Shown in pieces: positions 60,972 to 64,000 of a DNA stretch of 64,000 bases. The translations under genes were made by a program, and so were the position numbers. The notes below the pieces were generated by a model. The model saw only the letters and a list, made by a program, of their open reading frames with translations. It did not search any database and was not told the origin of the DNA. The number at the start of each line of letters is the position of its first letter. Position 1 is the stretch's first letter. The DNA lies in the NCBI GenBank assembly GCA_051313645.2, contig JBNRSN020000306.1:496001-560000 (forward strand). Direction: 5' to 3'. This DNA comes from Centroscyllium fabricii. Its lineage: Eukaryota.

Positions 60972-63900
60972 GAGCTCCCCCCCAGATTCCGTGAGGGAGA
61001 GCGGGGCTGGACCTAGAGGAGAGGGAGACATAAAGGAGAGCAAACACACATTTTCGATTATCACACAGAATGTCCGGAAGTTTGCCGAGGTGGCCTGATG
61101 TTGTGGCCCGCACGTCGTGTGCTGTTCCTTGTTTCAAAAAGCGGTGTTGTGGCAGCATGATGATGTGGCCCGCACGTGTCATCTCAGGTGAGGCGCTGAG
61201 GTGGCCTGATGTTGCGGCCAGCACGTGTGGTGCGCTGCTCCTTGTTCTGCGTAGGAGTGTGGGCAGGGTTTGGTGCGGTAGGGCTTCCGCGCTTTGGTGG
61301 TTGTGCGGGGACTGTTGTCTCGCCCGCCATTACGTGTGCTGGTTTGAGCCGGTCAATGGAGACGGTCTCGGCTCTGGTGCCCATTTTAATGTCAAAAGTT
61401 TTGGGTCCCGCCCGAAGCACCCTGAATGGTCCGTCGTACAGTGGTTGTAGTGGTGTTCGATGTGCATCATGGCGGACAAACACATACTTGGCATCTTGGA
61501 TGTCATCTGGAACACATGCTGCCGGCTGTCCGTGCCGGGCCACCGGAAGTAGTTTGAAAGCGGCTGCCTGGTTATTAAATTCTCTGAGGCAGCGCTCGGC
61601 TGACCAGGGTTCGTAAGTTTCTGCCACGAACTCGCCCGGTACAGTTAGTGGTTGGCCATAGACCAGTTCAGCTGCTGCGGCATGTAGGTCTTCCTTGGCC
61701 ACTGAGCGGAGGCCGAGCATTACCCAGGGCAGGCGGTCGGTCCAGGTTGCGTCTTGGAGGCTGGCCCGCAGGGAAGCCTTGAAAGATCGGTTGAACCGTT
61801 TGCAGAGGCCGTTGGCCTGTGGGTGGTAGGCGGTGGTTCGGTGCAGGGTTGCCCCGAGGTCGTGGGCGATGGTTGACCATAGGGTTGAGGTAAATTGGGG
61901 GCCCCTGTCTGAAGTGATGTCGGTGGGGACGCCAAAACGGGCGACCCACGTGACAATGAAGGCCCTGGCCAGGTCGGCGGTGGTGGTAGCGGTGAGGGGA
62001 ACCTCTTCCGGCCAGCGGGTGGTGCGGTCGACCATCGTTAAAATGTATGAATGTCCACGTGATGGCAGTAGTGGTCCGACCAGGTCGACGTGTACGTGGC
62101 TGAAGCATCTAGCTGGGATGGTGCCAAACAAATCACGCAGAGATGAGCTTGGTAGATGTGCGGCACCGGGGTGGACAGGCCATGGAGGGTCTGGAAGATT
62201 TGTCGCCTCCATGTGTGGGGGACGACGGGTCTGGGTTGTGGGAGGGAAACGTCGCAGCGGACCTCTGTGGCTGTGGGCCCGTGTGCTACGGTGGCCAGGA
62301 GCAGGCCGGGGAGGTTGGTGGCAGGGTCGAGCAGATCGGGGTCAGTCAGTTGGTCGGCCGCCATTTTGTTATAATCGACGGCCGTTTGGACGGAGTTGAT
62401 GGTTGGGCGTGAGAGGCAGTGCGCGCAGACGTGGTCGGTGGTGGGTGGCGGGGGGCAGTCGGCGACCACGTTGTCAATGGCGGGGCGTGGGGGATGGTCG
62501 GAGGCTGGTTTGCCGGTAGGGGGGTTTGAGAGGCGGCCAGCGGCCACGTTGTCAATGGCGAAGCGTGGGAGATGGTTGGGGGCTGGTTTGCCGAGGTTGG
62601 GGCGTGAGAGGCAGTCAGCGACCACGTTGTCGCGGCCGGCAATGTGCTGGATGTCGGTCGAAAATTTCGACACGGCCGCGAGCTGGCGCTGCTGCCTGCC
62701 CGACCAGGGTTCGGAGATCTTAGCCATTGCGGAGACCAGTGGCTTGTGGTCCACGAAGGCTGTGAAGTGGCGGCCCTCCAGGAGGAAGCGAAAGTGGCAC
62801 ACCGCGAGGTAGAGAGCGAGTAGTTCCCTATCGAAGGCGCTGTACTTGACCTCCGGGGGCCGGAGTTGTCAGCTGAAAAAGGCCAGGGGCTGCCAGGAGT
62901 CGCCTGTCCACTGCTCAAAGACTGGTCCGACAGCGTGGTCGGAGGGATCAGTGGTGAGGGCTACTCTGGCGTTGGGCCTAGGGTGGCTGAGGAGCGTGGC
63001 ATTGGCGAGGGCTGTTTTGGGTGCGGTGAAGGCGGTGGCGGCTTCGGCCGTCCACTCGACCGCAGCCTTGTTGGACTGCATGCAGGTGGCCTGATAGAGG
63101 GGGGCCATGAGAGCGGCTGCTCCTGGGATGAAACGATTGTAAAATTAACCATCCCGAAGAATTCCTGCAGCCCCTTGATGGAGTGCGGGTGAGGGAATTC
63201 CTGGACCGCCTGCACCATGGAGGGCAGGGGTATGGCCCCACTCTGGGAGATGTGGTGGCCGAAGAAGTCGATAGCCTCGAGGCCGAATTGACACTTGGAG
63301 GGGATTACTATAAGGCCGTGTTCGGCCAGACAGTTGAAATGGGCACTGAGGTGGATGAGGTGCTCCTGGGGGGAGGCGCTGGCCACGAGGATGTCGTCGA
63401 GATAGACGAAGGTGAACTGCAAGTCCCGCAGGACTGAGTCCATGAGGCGCTGGAAGGCCTAGGCCGCGTTTTTGAGTCCGAAGGGCATTCGGAGGAGTTC
63501 GAACAGGCCAAAGGGGGTAATGACAGCTGTCTTAGGGAAGTCCGCCGGGTGCACTGGTACCTGGTGGTAGCCCCGTACCAGGTCGATCTTTGAGAAGACC
63601 GTGCAGCCGGCTAGCCTTGCGGAAATATGTTGGATGTGGGGAACCGGGTACCTGTCTGGGGTGGTGGCATTGTTACGGCGGTGGTAGTCTCCGCAGGGGC
63701 GCCAGCCGCCGTCGGGTTTGGGGGCAATGTGGAGTGGGGAGGCCCAGGGGCTGCTGGAGCGGCGGATTATGCTGAGTTGTTCCATGATGTGGAACTCGGT
63801 ACGCGCGATTTCCAGCTTGGCCGGGTCCAGCCTGCGTGCGTGGGCATGGACTGGGGGGCCTGTGGTGGTGATGTGGTGCTCCACCCTGTGCTTGGCCATG

Positions 63901-64000
63901 CGGGCTGAGAAGGTGGGGTTGGTTAGGGCTGGGAACTCCGCGAGCAGCGTGGCATACTTGTCGGTGATCCGGGCTCGGCAGTGGGATGCTGCGTGGGTCT
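60693..64000 (-). mobile_element. Decayed Ty3/Gypsy LTR retrotransposon (RT-RH-IN), truncated by the window end
   Basis: WRPCGDY, MPFGLKNAA*AFQR (TAG ~63440), VYLDD, TTDPSD..VDHKPL, HVDLVGP..SDRG..NGLCKRFN (catalytic E changed to K), GPF motif; several frameshifts. Confidence 0.94.

Noticed and set aside
1-64000. CRISPR array or prokaryotic system
   Set aside because: Repeats are kb-scale with no unique spacers; all recognisable content is vertebrate tRNA and retroelement sequence.

Overview
Vertebrate genomic DNA, most likely from a cartilaginous fish (inferred only from the CR1-LINE 3' tail type). About 45 kb is a tandem array of ~1765-1775 bp units. Each unit carries one minus-strand tRNA-Lys(UUU) gene with a T4 Pol III terminator plus ~1.1 kb of an old, decayed plus-strand CR1 LINE 3' end. 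There are 25 tRNA copies: 14 match the canonical vertebrate tRNA-Lys3 and 11 are variant. Two insertions interrupt the array. The first is a 10.9-kb LTR element (9978-20871; 1752-bp LTRs, tRNA-Arg(UCG) PBS). Its Pol has the retrovirus-type layout PR-RT-dead RNase H tether-second RNase H-IN, gag and pol are joined by a single UGA-CUA, and there is no env. The second is an apparently full-length CR1 (50153-54822) with an esterase ORF1 and a disrupted ORF2. The array ends in a divergent, ancestral-looking unit and a fold-back inversion, followed by a decayed minus-strand Gypsy element that runs off the window. No host protein-coding gene is evident. The short ORFs recurring in each unit are CR1 relics or noise. 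All coordinates and counts were read by hand.
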